A stretch of DNA of 64,000 bases, from NCBI GenBank assembly GCA_003599295.1, contig QZJK01000011.1, positions 13,372 through 77,371 on the forward strand, given 5' to 3'. This DNA comes from Candidatus Parcubacteria bacterium. GTDB taxonomy: Bacteria > Patescibacteriota > Minisyncoccia > Phycocordibacterales > UBA2100. Below are positions 48,004 to 58,115 of this stretch, piece by piece. Position 1 is the first letter of the stretch. Each line of letters opens with the position of its first letter. The position numbers were made by a program, and so were the translations under genes. Under the pieces are notes generated by a model, which worked only from the letters and a program-made list of their open reading frames with translations, did no database searches and was not told the DNA's origin.

Positions 48004-49937
48004 GCGAGCGGCTGGTGCTCGATGTCTTCTTTCTTTTTCGGCGTAATGCCGTTCGCGATAAGTACTTTCTCGAAATCCTCACGCTCGATAGTCTCCACTT
48101 CGACGAGCTTCGCCGCGATGGCATCCAACACTTTTCGGTGCTTCTTTAACACGTTCTCGGCCTTTTTAAGCGCACCGTCGACTATTTTCTTCACTTCCGT
48201 GTCTATCTGCGCGGAAAGTTCTTCGGACTGTTCGGAGGCCTCTATGCCGGCTCCGAATATCGTGCGGCCTTGGGAAGGCTCGAGCGCGATGGGACCGAAT
48301 TTCTCCGACATGCCGTAGCGCGTCACCATGTCGCGCGCAAGTGCGGTCAACACTTGAAGATCGTTCGAAGCACCCGTTGTGATGTCGCCGTATACCATCT
48401 TTTCCGCAACGTAGCCGCCAAGACTTACCGCGATATCATCCAAGAATTCGTTCTTTGACTGCATCTTCCTGTCTTCGAACGGAAGCTTCAGCGTGTAGCC
48501 TGCGGCACGCCCGCGGCTGATGATGGAAATCTTGTGGACCGGGTCCGCATACGGCAAGACCGATGAGATAAGTGCGTGCCCGGCCTCATGGTACGCGGTT
48601 ATCTCTTTTTCTTTTTTATTAAGTATGTGGCTTCTACGTTCGGGTCCGAGCATGACCTTTTCAATGGAGCGAATAAGGTCGTATTGCGTCAGCTCCTTCC
48701 TGTCCTCGCGTGCGGCGAGAATGGCGGCCTCGTTCATGAGGTTCGCGAGGTCGGCGCCGGAGAATCCTGGTGTGCGCTCGGCGATGACGGTAAGCGCCAC
48801 ATCGGGGCCAAGCGGCTTCTTGCGCGCGTGTATTTTCAAAATATCTTCGCGGTCTTTTCTATCGGGAAGGTCAATCACGACGCGTCGGTCGAAGCGGCCT
48901 GGGCGTACCAGCGCGGGATCAAGAACGTCGGGGCGGTTCGTGGCCGCCATGATGACGACTTTCTCGTTCGGCTCGAAGCCGTCCATTTCGACGAGTATTT
49001 GGTTCAACGTCTGTTCGCGTTCATCGTTGCCACCGCCGACCCCCGAACCGCGAACGCGCCCGATGGCGTCTATCTCATCTATGAAAAGAATGGCGGGTGC
49101 GGCTTTCTTTGCGACTTGGAACGTATCGCGCACGCGCGAAGCGCCGACGCCGACAAACATTTCGACGAATTCAGAACCGGAAATCGAGAAGAATGGCACG
49201 TTGCTCTCGCCAGCGACCGCTCGCGCAAGAAGCGTTTTCCCTGTTCCCGCAGCACCCATGAGGAGAACGCCTTTTGGTATGCGTGCACCGATTTGGATGA
49301 ATTTTTTCGGATTTTTCAAAAAGTCCACGATCTCCGTGAGTTCCATTTTCGCTTCCTTCGCACCCGCGACATCCGCGAATGTCACTTTCTGCACTTCATC
49401 CTCCGGATTTACGAGACGCGCCATCGAACGGCCGAAGGTGAACGCCTGCATGCCCGCGCCGCGCACTTGGCGTGAGAGGTACCAGATGATGCCGAGAATG
49501 AGGATGACGGGGATAAGAAGAGGTGCGAGCGTAAGGAACCAGTATCGGGCGCCGCCTTCGTCTTTCACTGTTATTTCAACAGTCGCGAGACTTTCCGGCG
49601 TTAATCCGTAATTAAAGAAGGTTTCTGTAAGCGACGCCTCGGATTCTTTGCGCGTTATTTTTTCGGAACCGTCCGCGTACGTTGCGGTCACCGATGTCCC
49701 TTCGACGAGAATGGATTCGACGAGACCCGCTTCGATATCGCCAACGAGCTGGGACAGAGATACCTCATTATTCTCGGCAACGACATACTGCCGCACGATG
49801 GAATAGCCGGCTGACAAGACGAGGAAAATCGCAAACGCGATGAGCATCTGCGTCCACATCGAAGGACCCTCCGGCGGCTTACCGAGGGGTGCCCTCCCTT
49901 TCCGCGGCTTTTGTTCTCCTTCCCGAAGATTGGCCAT
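48000..49937 (-). CDS. ftsH: ATP-dependent Zn metalloprotease FtsH
   Basis: 2 [22 protein letters not shown]. Confidence 0.97.
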   Translation of the reverse strand: MANLREGEQKPRKGRAPLGKPPEGPSMWTQMLIAFAIFLVLSAGYSIVRQYVVAENNEVSLSQLVGDIEAGLVESILVEGTSVTATYADGSEKITRKESEASLTETFFNYGLTPESLATVEITVKDEGGARYWFLTLAPLLIPVILILGIIWYLSRQVRGAGMQAFTFGRSMARLVNPEDEVQKVTFADVAGAKEAKMELTEIVDFLKNPKKFIQIGARIPKGVLLMGAAGTGKTLLARAVAGESNVPFFSISGSEFVEMFVGVGASRVRDTFQVAKKAAPAILFIDEIDAIGRVRGSGVGGGNDEREQTLNQILVEMDGFEPNEKVVIMAATNRPDVLDPALVRPGRFDRRVVIDLPDRKDREDILKIHARKKPLGPDVALTVIAERTPGFSGADLANLMNEAAILAAREDRKELTQYDLIRSIEKVMLGPERRSHILNKKEKEITAYHEAGHALISSVLPYADPVHKISIISRGRAAGYTLKLPFEDRKMQSKNEFLDDIAVSLGGYVAEKMVYGDITTGASNDLQVLTALARDMVTRYGMSEKFGPIALEPSQGRTIFGAGIEASEQSEELSAQIDTEVKKIVDGALKKAENVLKKHRKVLDAIAAKLVEVETIEREDFEKVLIANGITPKKKEDIEHQPLA

Positions 49938-50045
49938 ATACCGGCGAGTTATATCACAAATAGCTTCCATCTTCTAGCTTCGATTCGTGCAGAACAATCG
50001 AACATCTTGCTACTTGCTACTTGATACTTGATACTTACTTCCTGT

Positions 50046-50492
50046 ATGGCACTCATAGAGAACACACGTGTCGGATTCGATTACAACATCCTCGAAACCT
50101 TGGAGGCGGGGATGGAGTTGTTCGGATACGAAGTGAAATCGCTCCGAGCCGGCCAAGGCTCTTTGAAAGGCGCGCGCGTCGTCGCGCGCGGCGGAGAAGC
50201 ATACCTCGTCGGCGCATCCATTCCGCCATGGCAAATTGCGAACGCACCGAAGTCGTACGATGCGGAGCGCACCCGAAGATTGCTTCTATCGAAGAAAGAA
50301 ATAGCCCGGATATCCTCCGCGGAGGGAGAAAATGGCTTGACAATTGTGCCAATTAAGGTATATAATTCTCGCCGGAGGTTGAAATTGGCCATCGCGATAG
50401 TCCGCGGTAAGAAAAAAGCGGACAAACGTCAAACGATACGGAAACGCGAGGAGAAACGCCGGATAGAAAGAACATTGAAAACCAAAAAGTGA
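50046..50492 (+). CDS. smpB: SsrA-binding protein
   Basis: EAGMELFGYEVKSLR, RTRRLLL, GKKKADKR; adjacent to tmRNA. Confidence 0.95.
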   Translation: MALIENTRVGFDYNILETLEAGMELFGYEVKSLRAGQGSLKGARVVARGGEAYLVGASIPPWQIANAPKSYDAERTRRLLLSKKEIARISSAEGENGLTIVPIKVYNSRRRLKLAIAIVRGKKKADKRQTIRKREEKRRIERTLKTKK

Positions 50493-50532
50493 AGTTAGCC
50501 GTTCGCGAAAAAGGAAGTGAAGTGCTTTTTTC

Positions 50533-50920
50533 GGGGGTGACTGGCTTCGACAAGGAAATCGACATATGTGTGCGCGGGCAACGCTGTAGCTGCGTTTCAA
50601 ACCGCTACACAAATTCAAGTGCGAACAAAGTAGCACGTGCAGTTTTGTCGCCCATTCAGTTGGGTGACCTGCAGTTCGCTTACGCGAAAGCCTAAGCGAC
50701 CGTCCACTAGGCTGATACTTGATTAAGCCTTCTTGGGCGTCACTTCATTCAAGCACTGAGTGTCGAATAGTCCGATCGACCTCTAAGACTAGGACTCGGC
50801 TTTGCGCGATTCTGTTCGTCCCTTACGCGCATCGCTTAAATCTTGAGACGATCTACGCCTCGTAGATACATACATACTGTTTTTCCTTGGACTCGGGTCC
50901 GATACCCGACACCTCCACCA
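50533..50920 (+). ncRNA. ssrA: tmRNA
   Basis: GGGGGTGACTGGCTTCGAC...GGACTCGGGTCCGATACCCGACACCTCCACCA; tag ORF 50621-50695 ANKVARAVLSPIQLGDLQFAYAKA. Confidence 0.95.
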
Positions 50921-50925
50921 TATGC

Positions 50926-50953
50926 AAAAGCCGCCCTATTGGGGCGGCTTTTT
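50926..50953. terminator. Bidirectional terminator
   Basis: AAAAGCCGCCC-tattg-GGGCGGCTTTT between convergent genes. Confidence 0.85.
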
Positions 50954-50969
50954 GCGTAATGAATAGAAT

Positions 50970-51650
50970 CTATTTTCTTGGAAAGCTGACCTCATGTACT
51001 CCGGCCGCATATGCTGCGACTTGGTATTGCTGGAAAATGAACGTTACCTCGTTCTCCGAGATGACGAATGAGCTGAAATTCTCTGGATTGGCATTCGCCC
51101 CTTCCTCGAACATTGCGTCGCCGAGTTCCGCTTTCAATTCCGAGGTCGCCGCGGCAGAAACTTGTTCCACGCTCATGCCAAGCATTGCGAACGCGTCGCT
51201 CTGAAGAAGCTGGCGGCCTGTCTCGCGATCGTAATTAAGTCCGGAAACAAGCGTAAGCGGATGCGCACCGCCGGTGTACTGCGAAAGTATCAGTTTTACG
51301 GAAACAACGTCCGGTCCGATGTAGACAGAGTCGTATGAACCATCAAATGAATTCTGCGGCGTCGCTGATCCAGCCGGGTTCGTGGGAAGCGACTTGAACT
51401 CCGTAACGGCATTCGAAACTACTTCTTTTATTTGCGCATCAATGCTCGCGATGCCGAACTGCGGATACCTGACGTCTATTACGTATGCCGCATCGCTTTC
51501 CTGTATGCGTTCCGTCTTTATCTCGACTCCCGCTTCTTCGGTGCCTTCCTCAACCATGGCCGGTTCCGCAGTCTTAAGATATGGAGCCACGAAGTATAGG
51601 ACCCCGCCCAAGACCGCGAGCGCGACGACGACGGAAAGAACCATTTTCAT
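50970..51650 (-). CDS. RsiV/DUF3298-family protein
   Basis: N-terminal TM, YTGGAHP, FQQYQVAAYAAG. Confidence 0.85.
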   Translation of the reverse strand: MKMVLSVVVALAVLGGVLYFVAPYLKTAEPAMVEEGTEEAGVEIKTERIQESDAAYVIDVRYPQFGIASIDAQIKEVVSNAVTEFKSLPTNPAGSATPQNSFDGSYDSVYIGPDVVSVKLILSQYTGGAHPLTLVSGLNYDRETGRQLLQSDAFAMLGMSVEQVSAAATSELKAELGDAMFEEGANANPENFSSFVISENEVTFIFQQYQVAAYAAGVHEVSFPRK

Positions 51651-51668
51651 ACAGCGACTATAGCAGAA

Positions 51669-53075
51669 CTACACCTTTTTAGCGATGTACTTTTGAATCA
51701 GTTCGGCATTCGCGTCGAACGTCTCGAACCGCTCAGGAAGACCGCCGAGCTTCGCGAAACTCTCGGGTATCACCGGCTCACGGCCTATTGCTTCACGGAT
51801 GGTCGCAGAAAATTTCGCCGGCTGTGCGGTCTCCAAACAAACCAGCGGCACATCTTTCTCGCAGAGTTGCTGTCCTACCTTCACGCCGTCAGCGGTATGC
51901 GGATCAATGAGCATGTTGTATTTTTCATGCAGCGCGCGGATAGTCGCGATACGATCTGCATGCGTAGACGAACCTGCGAGAAAAACATCTCGTTTCAGTC
52001 GCGTTAATTCCGGCGCACCGGAAATATCGAACGCACCCTTCGTTTTTAACTCTCCCCACAACTCTTTCATGCGTGTGGCGTCGCGCTCTACGAGGTCGAA
52101 GATATAGCGTTCGAAATTCGAAGCTTTTGATATGTCCATTGAAGGACTCGATGTTGTCGCAACTTCGGTTCCCTTTCGCGGACGATACTTACCTGTCGTA
52201 AAGAATTCTTCGAGGACGTTATTTTCGTTCGTCGCGAGGATAAGGTGTTGTATCGGCACACCCATCCGTACTGCAATGTATCCCCCGAGAATATTGCCGA
52301 AATTCCCTGTTGGAACGGCGAACGAGACCGTTTCGTTCCCCGTGTTCGTCGCATGAAGGTATCCCCACACGTAGTAGACCGTTTGGGCGACTATGCGCGC
52401 CCAATTGATGGAATTGACCGCGCCGAGCTTGTAGCGTTCTTTGAAATCGGCGTCTTCGTTGATCGCTTTTACGATATCCTGGCAATCATCGAACGTTCCC
52501 CGCACCGCAATATTGAAAATATTCTCATCCTGGAGCGTGTACATCTGTTTTCTTTGAAAATCGCTCATGCGGCCGAGGGGCGAGAGCATGAAGACGCGGA
52601 TTCCTTTTCGCCCGCGCATCGCGTATTCCGCAGCGCTTCCTGTGTCTCCCGATGTTGCTCCGAGGATGTTCAGCGTTCCTCCGCGCTTTTCGAGCACGTA
52701 TTCGAACAAGCGGCCGAGTAATTGCAGGGCGATATCCTTGAACGCGAGCGTCGGGCCTTCGGAGAGTCCGAGGATATAGAAATTCTCTTCGAGTTTTTTG
52801 AACGGCACTATTTCATCGCTTCCGAATGTGTCCTTTGTGTACGTTGCATCAATGAGTGTTCGCAAGTCTTCCGGAGGAATATCGTCTGCGAACCTGGAAA
52901 GGATGGCGAATGCAAGCTCCGGATAGCTCATTCCGCGCATGTTTTCCAACTCGTCCGGAGAAATGCGCGGATATTCTTCCGGAACGTAGAGGCCTCCATC
53001 CGATGCGAGCCCTTCCAGAAGAATGTCCGTGAACGATTGCGGCTTTGCTCCCCCGCGCGTTGAGACGTAGCGCAT
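51669..53075 (-). CDS. thrC: Threonine synthase
   Basis: YVSTRG, GPTLAFKD, ATSGDTGSA, NSINWAR, PTGNFG. Confidence 0.96.
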   Translation of the reverse strand: MRYVSTRGGAKPQSFTDILLEGLASDGGLYVPEEYPRISPDELENMRGMSYPELAFAILSRFADDIPPEDLRTLIDATYTKDTFGSDEIVPFKKLEENFYILGLSEGPTLAFKDIALQLLGRLFEYVLEKRGGTLNILGATSGDTGSAAEYAMRGRKGIRVFMLSPLGRMSDFQRKQMYTLQDENIFNIAVRGTFDDCQDIVKAINEDADFKERYKLGAVNSINWARIVAQTVYYVWGYLHATNTGNETVSFAVPTGNFGNILGGYIAVRMGVPIQHLILATNENNVLEEFFTTGKYRPRKGTEVATTSSPSMDISKASNFERYIFDLVERDATRMKELWGELKTKGAFDISGAPELTRLKRDVFLAGSSTHADRIATIRALHEKYNMLIDPHTADGVKVGQQLCEKDVPLVCLETAQPAKFSATIREAIGREPVIPESFAKLGGLPERFETFDANAELIQKYIAKKV

Positions 53076-53080
53076 GGGAT

Positions 53081-53506
53081 CTAGAGCTTCAGGCGATAGA
53101 CGTTCGTTTCCTTTTTCTCAAATCCGAGTTTCTGGTAGAGCTTATTCGCAGCAACACGGGCAGGGCGACTAGTGAGATGTATCGAGTGCGCTCCCCGAGA
53201 TTTCGCCCGCTCTATCGCTTTTTCACAAAGCTGCCTTCCTAATCCTTTGCCGCGCGCCGCCTCATCAACAACAACGTCCTCAAGCTGTGCCGTGATACCG
53301 CCCGGCTTCACTATGAGCGCTAAGGTCGCCATACCGATGATCTTGTTGTTCTCCGTAGCAACCCATAGTTCGGAGCTTGCATATTGCACAACCTTTTGTA
53401 GATGCTCGAGAGAGCACTCCCCATCTTTTCCAAGCTGTGCGAGAAGCGCGTTAACATCCGCGCATGCATTCTCATCAGCCGAAGTCAATTGAACGATGTC
53501 TGCCAT
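53081..53506 (-). CDS. GNAT acetyltransferase
   Basis: EDVVVDEAARGKGLG, LTSRPARVAANKLYQKLGF. Confidence 0.92.
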   Translation of the reverse strand: MADIVQLTSADENACADVNALLAQLGKDGECSLEHLQKVVQYASSELWVATENNKIIGMATLALIVKPGGITAQLEDVVVDEAARGKGLGRQLCEKAIERAKSRGAHSIHLTSRPARVAANKLYQKLGFEKKETNVYRLKL

Positions 53507-53607
53507 GTGCCCATACTACCGCCGAACAAAAGACCAAACAACTTGTCTTCGATCCCGTATCCACTTGCCGTTCTCTGTGAGCGGGAAATGACGGATATAC
53601 TTCTGAT

Positions 53608-54858
53608 ATGAGATACGAACGTTCCGCTATTTTTATCGCCTTCCTTGTCTTTGCGATGCTCAGCGTAAGTTCCCCAGCTACCCTCGACGCGGCAGAGAAT
53701 CCTGAACTCTGTAATCAGCTCTTCGGTCTTCCCGAAGGGACCATCCAGATGGATGCTGATAAAAGAATAATGAATCCGGAAGTATGCGAGGCATATGCGT
53801 TCCTTATTAGCCGCTACAATCCGGGACCTCGCAGCTCCGTTGGACTCTCGAATCCGAAGGTTGAGGGTATAACTAAGTTGAATCCCGACTTCGCACTAGC
53901 TCTCGCAAAAATGTTGCGGGCCGCTCCCCCAATGGGGATTAACTCGGCATATAGAACACCGGCGGGACAAGGCTCTAAGAATCCCCAGTCGAATCACATT
54001 TACGGATGTGCGGCTGACCTCGGATATTCACAAGGCGGTTGCGGTTCAGCTCACTGTCAATGGGTGTTAAGGAATGCTCCAAGCTATGGCATACACATTA
54101 GGATGAAATACAGTCCGGAGTGGAATCATGTCGAGCCAATAGCAAAAGATGCTTGCAGGAATAACGGCCCTGGCGTGGGCGCTCCTGTTGCGAACGCTCC
54201 GTCTTCCGGCCTCGCGGATAGCATCCGACAGTCTGTCGGATTAGGAGGTTCTCAAAACTGCACTCTCCCGGACGGACTGGTAGTGCCTTGCAGCGCTATC
54301 GCGAATCAAGGGGCAGCCCCAGCCGGCTCCCAGAGTCCGACAGGGGCGGCCATACCTCGGCAAACATTGCCTGCTTCGCAGCAACCGTTTCAATATCTGC
54401 CTTCCCCCACACCAGTATCGAACATCGTACAGCCTCCGGTCCCGCAAATCCCCGTGTCGACAACCTCGAGTACAACTACGCTCACGACATTTGAGCGGAT
54501 CATGCGTTTTGCCGAAGCAACAAGAGTTTCTAGTCCTGCTGCGACATCCGCCCCCCTGGTTCTCACGGCGAGTATCCGCGATATCGCAACCATCCAGCCA
54601 GACACTTCGTCGATTACCCCGCTTCAGGAAAATGGCACGCATCAATATTTACCTGTACCGTCCGCTCGTTTGGACACCTTCACTTCGCCTGACTTAGGCG
54701 GAGGTATTTCTCCAAATGTTTCGCAAGAAGTCACGGGGTATCAGAAAGTACTCGCAGATATGCAGACGACTCTCTTGCGAGCACTTGAATACTTGCGGCC
54801 ATTCGGTAGGCCATTGGAACCCGCTGAAGACTACGCACACGATGACTGGTCAGAATGA
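53608..54858 (+). CDS. Secreted M15-type Zn peptidase with S/T/P-rich tail
   Basis: Signal peptide, INSAYRT, SNHIYGCAAD (SxH-x6-D), EWNH. Confidence 0.78.
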   Translation: MRYERSAIFIAFLVFAMLSVSSPATLDAAENPELCNQLFGLPEGTIQMDADKRIMNPEVCEAYAFLISRYNPGPRSSVGLSNPKVEGITKLNPDFALALAKMLRAAPPMGINSAYRTPAGQGSKNPQSNHIYGCAADLGYSQGGCGSAHCQWVLRNAPSYGIHIRMKYSPEWNHVEPIAKDACRNNGPGVGAPVANAPSSGLADSIRQSVGLGGSQNCTLPDGLVVPCSAIANQGAAPAGSQSPTGAAIPRQTLPASQQPFQYLPSPTPVSNIVQPPVPQIPVSTTSSTTTLTTFERIMRFAEATRVSSPAATSAPLVLTASIRDIATIQPDTSSITPLQENGTHQYLPVPSARLDTFTSPDLGGGISPNVSQEVTGYQKVLADMQTTLLRALEYLRPFGRPLEPAEDYAHDDWSE

Positions 54859-54905
54859 TCTCTCCATAGGACTCCTCTCCATCTCGTGCTATAGTTTTGC
54901 GGAAA

Positions 54906-55523
54906 ATGGGATTCACTAAATACACCTCGCAAGCCGAGAAAGAGCGGGTTCGAATGAACGAAGGCATACGCGCGCGAGAAGTGCGCGTCATCGGCCCGGA
55001 GGGACAGAACGTCGGCGTACTTCCCCTTGCCGAAGCGATACAAAAAGCGCGGGAAGCGGGACTCGACCTTATCGAAATATCACCGAACGCCGTGCCGCCC
55101 GTGTGCAAAATCACCGACTACGGGAAATTCAAGTACGAACAAAAGAAGAAAGAGAAAGACGTGAAGTCGAAGGCACACGTAACAGAGACGAAGGTGACGC
55201 AGGTGAAAATAGGAACATCCGAACGCGACATGCACATCAAGGCTTCGAAGGCGGCCGCGTGGCTTCGCGAGGGGCATCGCGTGAAAGTGGACCTCTTTTT
55301 GTGGGGACGATACAAGTACATGGAGTTCAACTTCCTTAAGGAGCGCCTTGAGCGCTTTCTTGCCCTCATCCCTGAGAGCTATCGCACGGCGGAAGATATA
55401 CAAAAGAGCCCTAAGGGGCTGTCTGTCGTCATAGAACGCGACCCTGCGAAGAAGGTCGCGGCGCCAAAAACCCCTAAACCCGCCGGAGTGCTCGAGAAAA
55501 CCGGCGAAAACCCCGAGACATAG
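54906..55523 (+). CDS. infC: Translation initiation factor IF-3
   Basis: NEGIRAREVRVI, DLIEISPNAVPPVCKITDYGKFKYE. Confidence 0.96.
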   Translation: MGFTKYTSQAEKERVRMNEGIRAREVRVIGPEGQNVGVLPLAEAIQKAREAGLDLIEISPNAVPPVCKITDYGKFKYEQKKKEKDVKSKAHVTETKVTQVKIGTSERDMHIKASKAAAWLREGHRVKVDLFLWGRYKYMEFNFLKERLERFLALIPESYRTAEDIQKSPKGLSVVIERDPAKKVAAPKTPKPAGVLEKTGENPET

Positions 55524-55587
55524 GTGGGTTTGCATTCTGCCGTTTTTTTGGCATACTGTACCCACTGCGGCCACGCCGCAGTTTCTC

Positions 55588-55776
55588 ATGAAGACGAACA
55601 AATCATACATGAAGCGCCTGCGGGTCACGCGAAAAGGCAAGATCGTCGCGCGCACGCCGGGGCACAATCATTTCAACGCGAAGGAGTCCGGAAGCGGCCG
55701 CCAACGCCGCCGCCGCAGCGTCTCTTTCCATGCCGCGCTTTCGAACGCCGCGAAGAGCCGCTTTCTTCCCAACTAA
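55588..55776 (+). CDS. rpmI: 50S ribosomal protein L35
   Basis: MKTNKS..KRLRVT..GK, between infC and rplT. Confidence 0.93.
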   Translation: MKTNKSYMKRLRVTRKGKIVARTPGHNHFNAKESGSGRQRRRRSVSFHAALSNAAKSRFLPN

Positions 55777-55779
55777 CAT

Positions 55780-56124
55780 ATGGCAAGGGTAAAACGAGGA
55801 GTCGCGAAGAATAAACGACGCAAATACCTTTTGGCGCAGACAAAGGGGTATCGTTTCGGACGCAAAAATAAGGAGCGCGTCGCGCGCGAGGCAATACGCC
55901 ACGCCGGCGTTTACGCATTCCGCCACCGCCGTGCGAAGAAACGCGAGTTCCGGAATCTTTGGACGCTTCGCATTAATGCCGCCGCCCGCCCTCTCGGTCT
56001 CTCATATTCAAAGCTCATCGGCTCGCTCAAGAAAAACGGCATTGCACTCGACCGAAAATCGCTTTCTACGCTTGCAAAAGACTACCCTGAGTCGTTCTCC
56101 CGCCTTGTAGGACAGTTAAAATAG
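55780..56124 (+). CDS. rplT: 50S ribosomal protein L20
   Basis: MARVKRG, KKREFRNLWTLRINAAAR. Confidence 0.97.
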   Translation: MARVKRGVAKNKRRKYLLAQTKGYRFGRKNKERVAREAIRHAGVYAFRHRRAKKREFRNLWTLRINAAARPLGLSYSKLIGSLKKNGIALDRKSLSTLAKDYPESFSRLVGQLK

Positions 56125-56153
56125 GGGGCTTTCTAATCTGAACGAAGCCAGCG

Positions 56154-56840
56154 CTAGAGAATGTACTCGGCGTTTTTTGCAGTTGCATCCCACGTGTCGT
56201 GATTATTGTAGACGAGTCCGGTCGCCTTCTTGTCTTCCAGAACCATTTCCACCAAGCGCTCGACGATGGCCTTCGGGTCTGAGTCATAGATGACTTTCTC
56301 GTTCGGGCGGTGCGCAGCGTCAATAATTTGCCGCAAAATCTCGTCCGTTTTCCATGACCCCTCGAGAATGCCGATCGGACGGCGATCTTCGAACGCAACG
56401 GAAAACTCGTTCAGAGTCCCTATACGGCCGCAACCGATAACGACTGCATCCGATGAACGTACGAGGAGCATATCGCGTCCCGAGTAGCCGAATCCGGTAT
56501 ATACGATGACGTCCATGTAATCCAAAGGGAGTTTGTATGTTTCGACGTGCTCGCGCTCCGTTGCTGCCGGCGAGAACCCTATCGAGAAACCGCACTCGTC
56601 TTTCGCGCCCATCGCGGAGTACATGGGAAACCCGGTCGTCGCGCCGGTCGTTATGATGGCGCCTTTGCGCGCTACCTCTCGCCCGACTTCTTTCGCCTTT
56701 TCGAATGCGTCTAATCCGCAATAGCCGGTCTCCGCCGCGCCGGAAACGCAAATCTTCACGACGCCGTATCCCTCGGGAAGGCGGCAGAAATTGCGCGGCA
56801 CTGCAGCGTGATTCGGGTTCATTATCTTCCTCGAGGACAT
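56154..56840 (-). CDS. LOG/SLOG family nucleotide-binding protein
   Basis: TGATTGFP, SIGFSP, TGFGYSGRD, GRIGTLNE. Confidence 0.82.
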   Translation of the reverse strand: MSSRKIMNPNHAAVPRNFCRLPEGYGVVKICVSGAAETGYCGLDAFEKAKEVGREVARKGAIITTGATTGFPMYSAMGAKDECGFSIGFSPAATEREHVETYKLPLDYMDVIVYTGFGYSGRDMLLVRSSDAVVIGCGRIGTLNEFSVAFEDRRPIGILEGSWKTDEILRQIIDAAHRPNEKVIYDSDPKAIVERLVEMVLEDKKATGLVYNNHDTWDATAKNAEYIL

Positions 56841-56872
56841 TGGCCGTGATTATACCACGGCACGAGCCCCAA

Positions 56873-57250
56873 TTATTTGCTTCGCGCGAACGAGTGAGCT
56901 ATCCAGGCCGCCAAGGCGCCTCCAAGAGCATCCATGAGAAGATCAATGCTTGTATCAAGCGCATAATTCGCTTCCGGCACCAAACCGGCGAGAAGTTCGA
57001 ATGCTTCCCATATGACTCCGAGGATGAGTGCGCCGGCTATACCCCACGCAACCGTAGGTATGTATCCGGCATACGCGCGTATCCAAAGGAGAAAGAATGC
57101 CGCCCACATGCCGCCCAGCGCATGCGATACCGTATCAAGCCAGAGGAAGCGCCAATAGAAATGGTACTCGAGTCCTACGAGGTGAAGTGTCGCGAGGAAG
57201 ACCAGTGTCACCAACTGGGCGTATAGAAAGATGCGCGGCAGCATTTGCAT
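56873..57250 (-). CDS. Small 4-TM membrane protein
   Basis: WLDTVSHALGG, GVIWEAFE, DTSIDLLMD motifs. Confidence 0.75.
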   Translation of the reverse strand: MQMLPRIFLYAQLVTLVFLATLHLVGLEYHFYWRFLWLDTVSHALGGMWAAFFLLWIRAYAGYIPTVAWGIAGALILGVIWEAFELLAGLVPEANYALDTSIDLLMDALGGALAAWIAHSFARSK

Positions 57251-57310
57251 AAATATTCGAAAGCGTCGCTCTCTTCGCCAAAAAATTCCGCACAGGCGGA
57301 ATTCTTTGGC

Positions 57311-57428
57311 GCGGCTGGTACGGCAAGCCTGGGTTGATACCAGGTGGGTTTCCGCAACACCAACGCGCATTGCGCCGGGCTATATAGGAATCCCTTTGCG
57401 TTACCAAGCAGGTTTATGTACCGGCCGC
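57311..57428 (-). ncRNA. Candidate small rod-shaped RNA, possibly a minimal 6S RNA
   Basis: TATACT 7 nt upstream, terminator 57280-57304 downstream, 5'/3' ends pair, nested stems with internal bubbles. Confidence 0.55.
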
Positions 57429-57470
57429 TATTGCCAGTATACCACTTTGCCTTTTTCTACAAGCGAGATC

Positions 57471-58079
57471 TTACTCCAGGATGCCATCAAGGTTCACGTC
57501 GTAGAGTATCTCTTCGTGGATGATGCGATAGTCGGTGAGCTCTTCCTGCTTGAACCAGTGCGGTATCTCGGCTTCCGCCTCGGGAACAGAACCTGATGCG
57601 TGAACGAGGTTCCGGACCGCCCGGGTGTCGGTGTCAGCCATCGTGTACGAATCGAGAACGAAATCGCCGCGAATTGTTCCAACGTCGGAACTTAAGGGTT
57701 CCGTGCCGCCGGTGATCTTTCGAACGATGCCGACCGCATGCGCACCTTCCCATACCATCGCAACCACGGGGCCAGAGGAAAGATATTTCTTGAGGTTGGC
57801 GAGAATCTTCGCGGTTATTTCGAGCGGGTCTTCCGACGGCGGGGTCATGCCTTTCTCTCGATAGCTTTTTATCGTTTTCTCGCCGGTCACTCGCCGCCAG
57901 TTCGGGTCAAGCGTGTAATGCGCCTCCACATGGCGCTCGCTCGGCACGAGCATTTTCATGCCGACAAGCTTTAACCCGACATTCTCATAGCGCCTGATTA
58001 TCTCCCCCATGAGCCCGCGCTGGACCCCGTCGGGTTTTATAACGACAAGCGTTCGTTCGTCTTTCGGGTGTTGCTTCAT
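57471..58079 (-). CDS. ndk: Nucleoside diphosphate kinase
   Basis: ERTLVVIKPDGVQRG, GTIRGDF, NLVHASGS. Confidence 0.96.
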   Translation of the reverse strand: MKQHPKDERTLVVIKPDGVQRGLMGEIIRRYENVGLKLVGMKMLVPSERHVEAHYTLDPNWRRVTGEKTIKSYREKGMTPPSEDPLEITAKILANLKKYLSSGPVVAMVWEGAHAVGIVRKITGGTEPLSSDVGTIRGDFVLDSYTMADTDTRAVRNLVHASGSVPEAEAEIPHWFKQEELTDYRIIHEEILYDVNLDGILE

Positions 58080-58115
58080 TCCGGATACTCTAGCATGTTT
58101 CTGGCCACGATTAAA

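Noticed and set aside
50010-50040. Short tandem repeat (C/A)TACTTG x4 before smpB
   Set aside because: Too short and simple to support a function from sequence alone.
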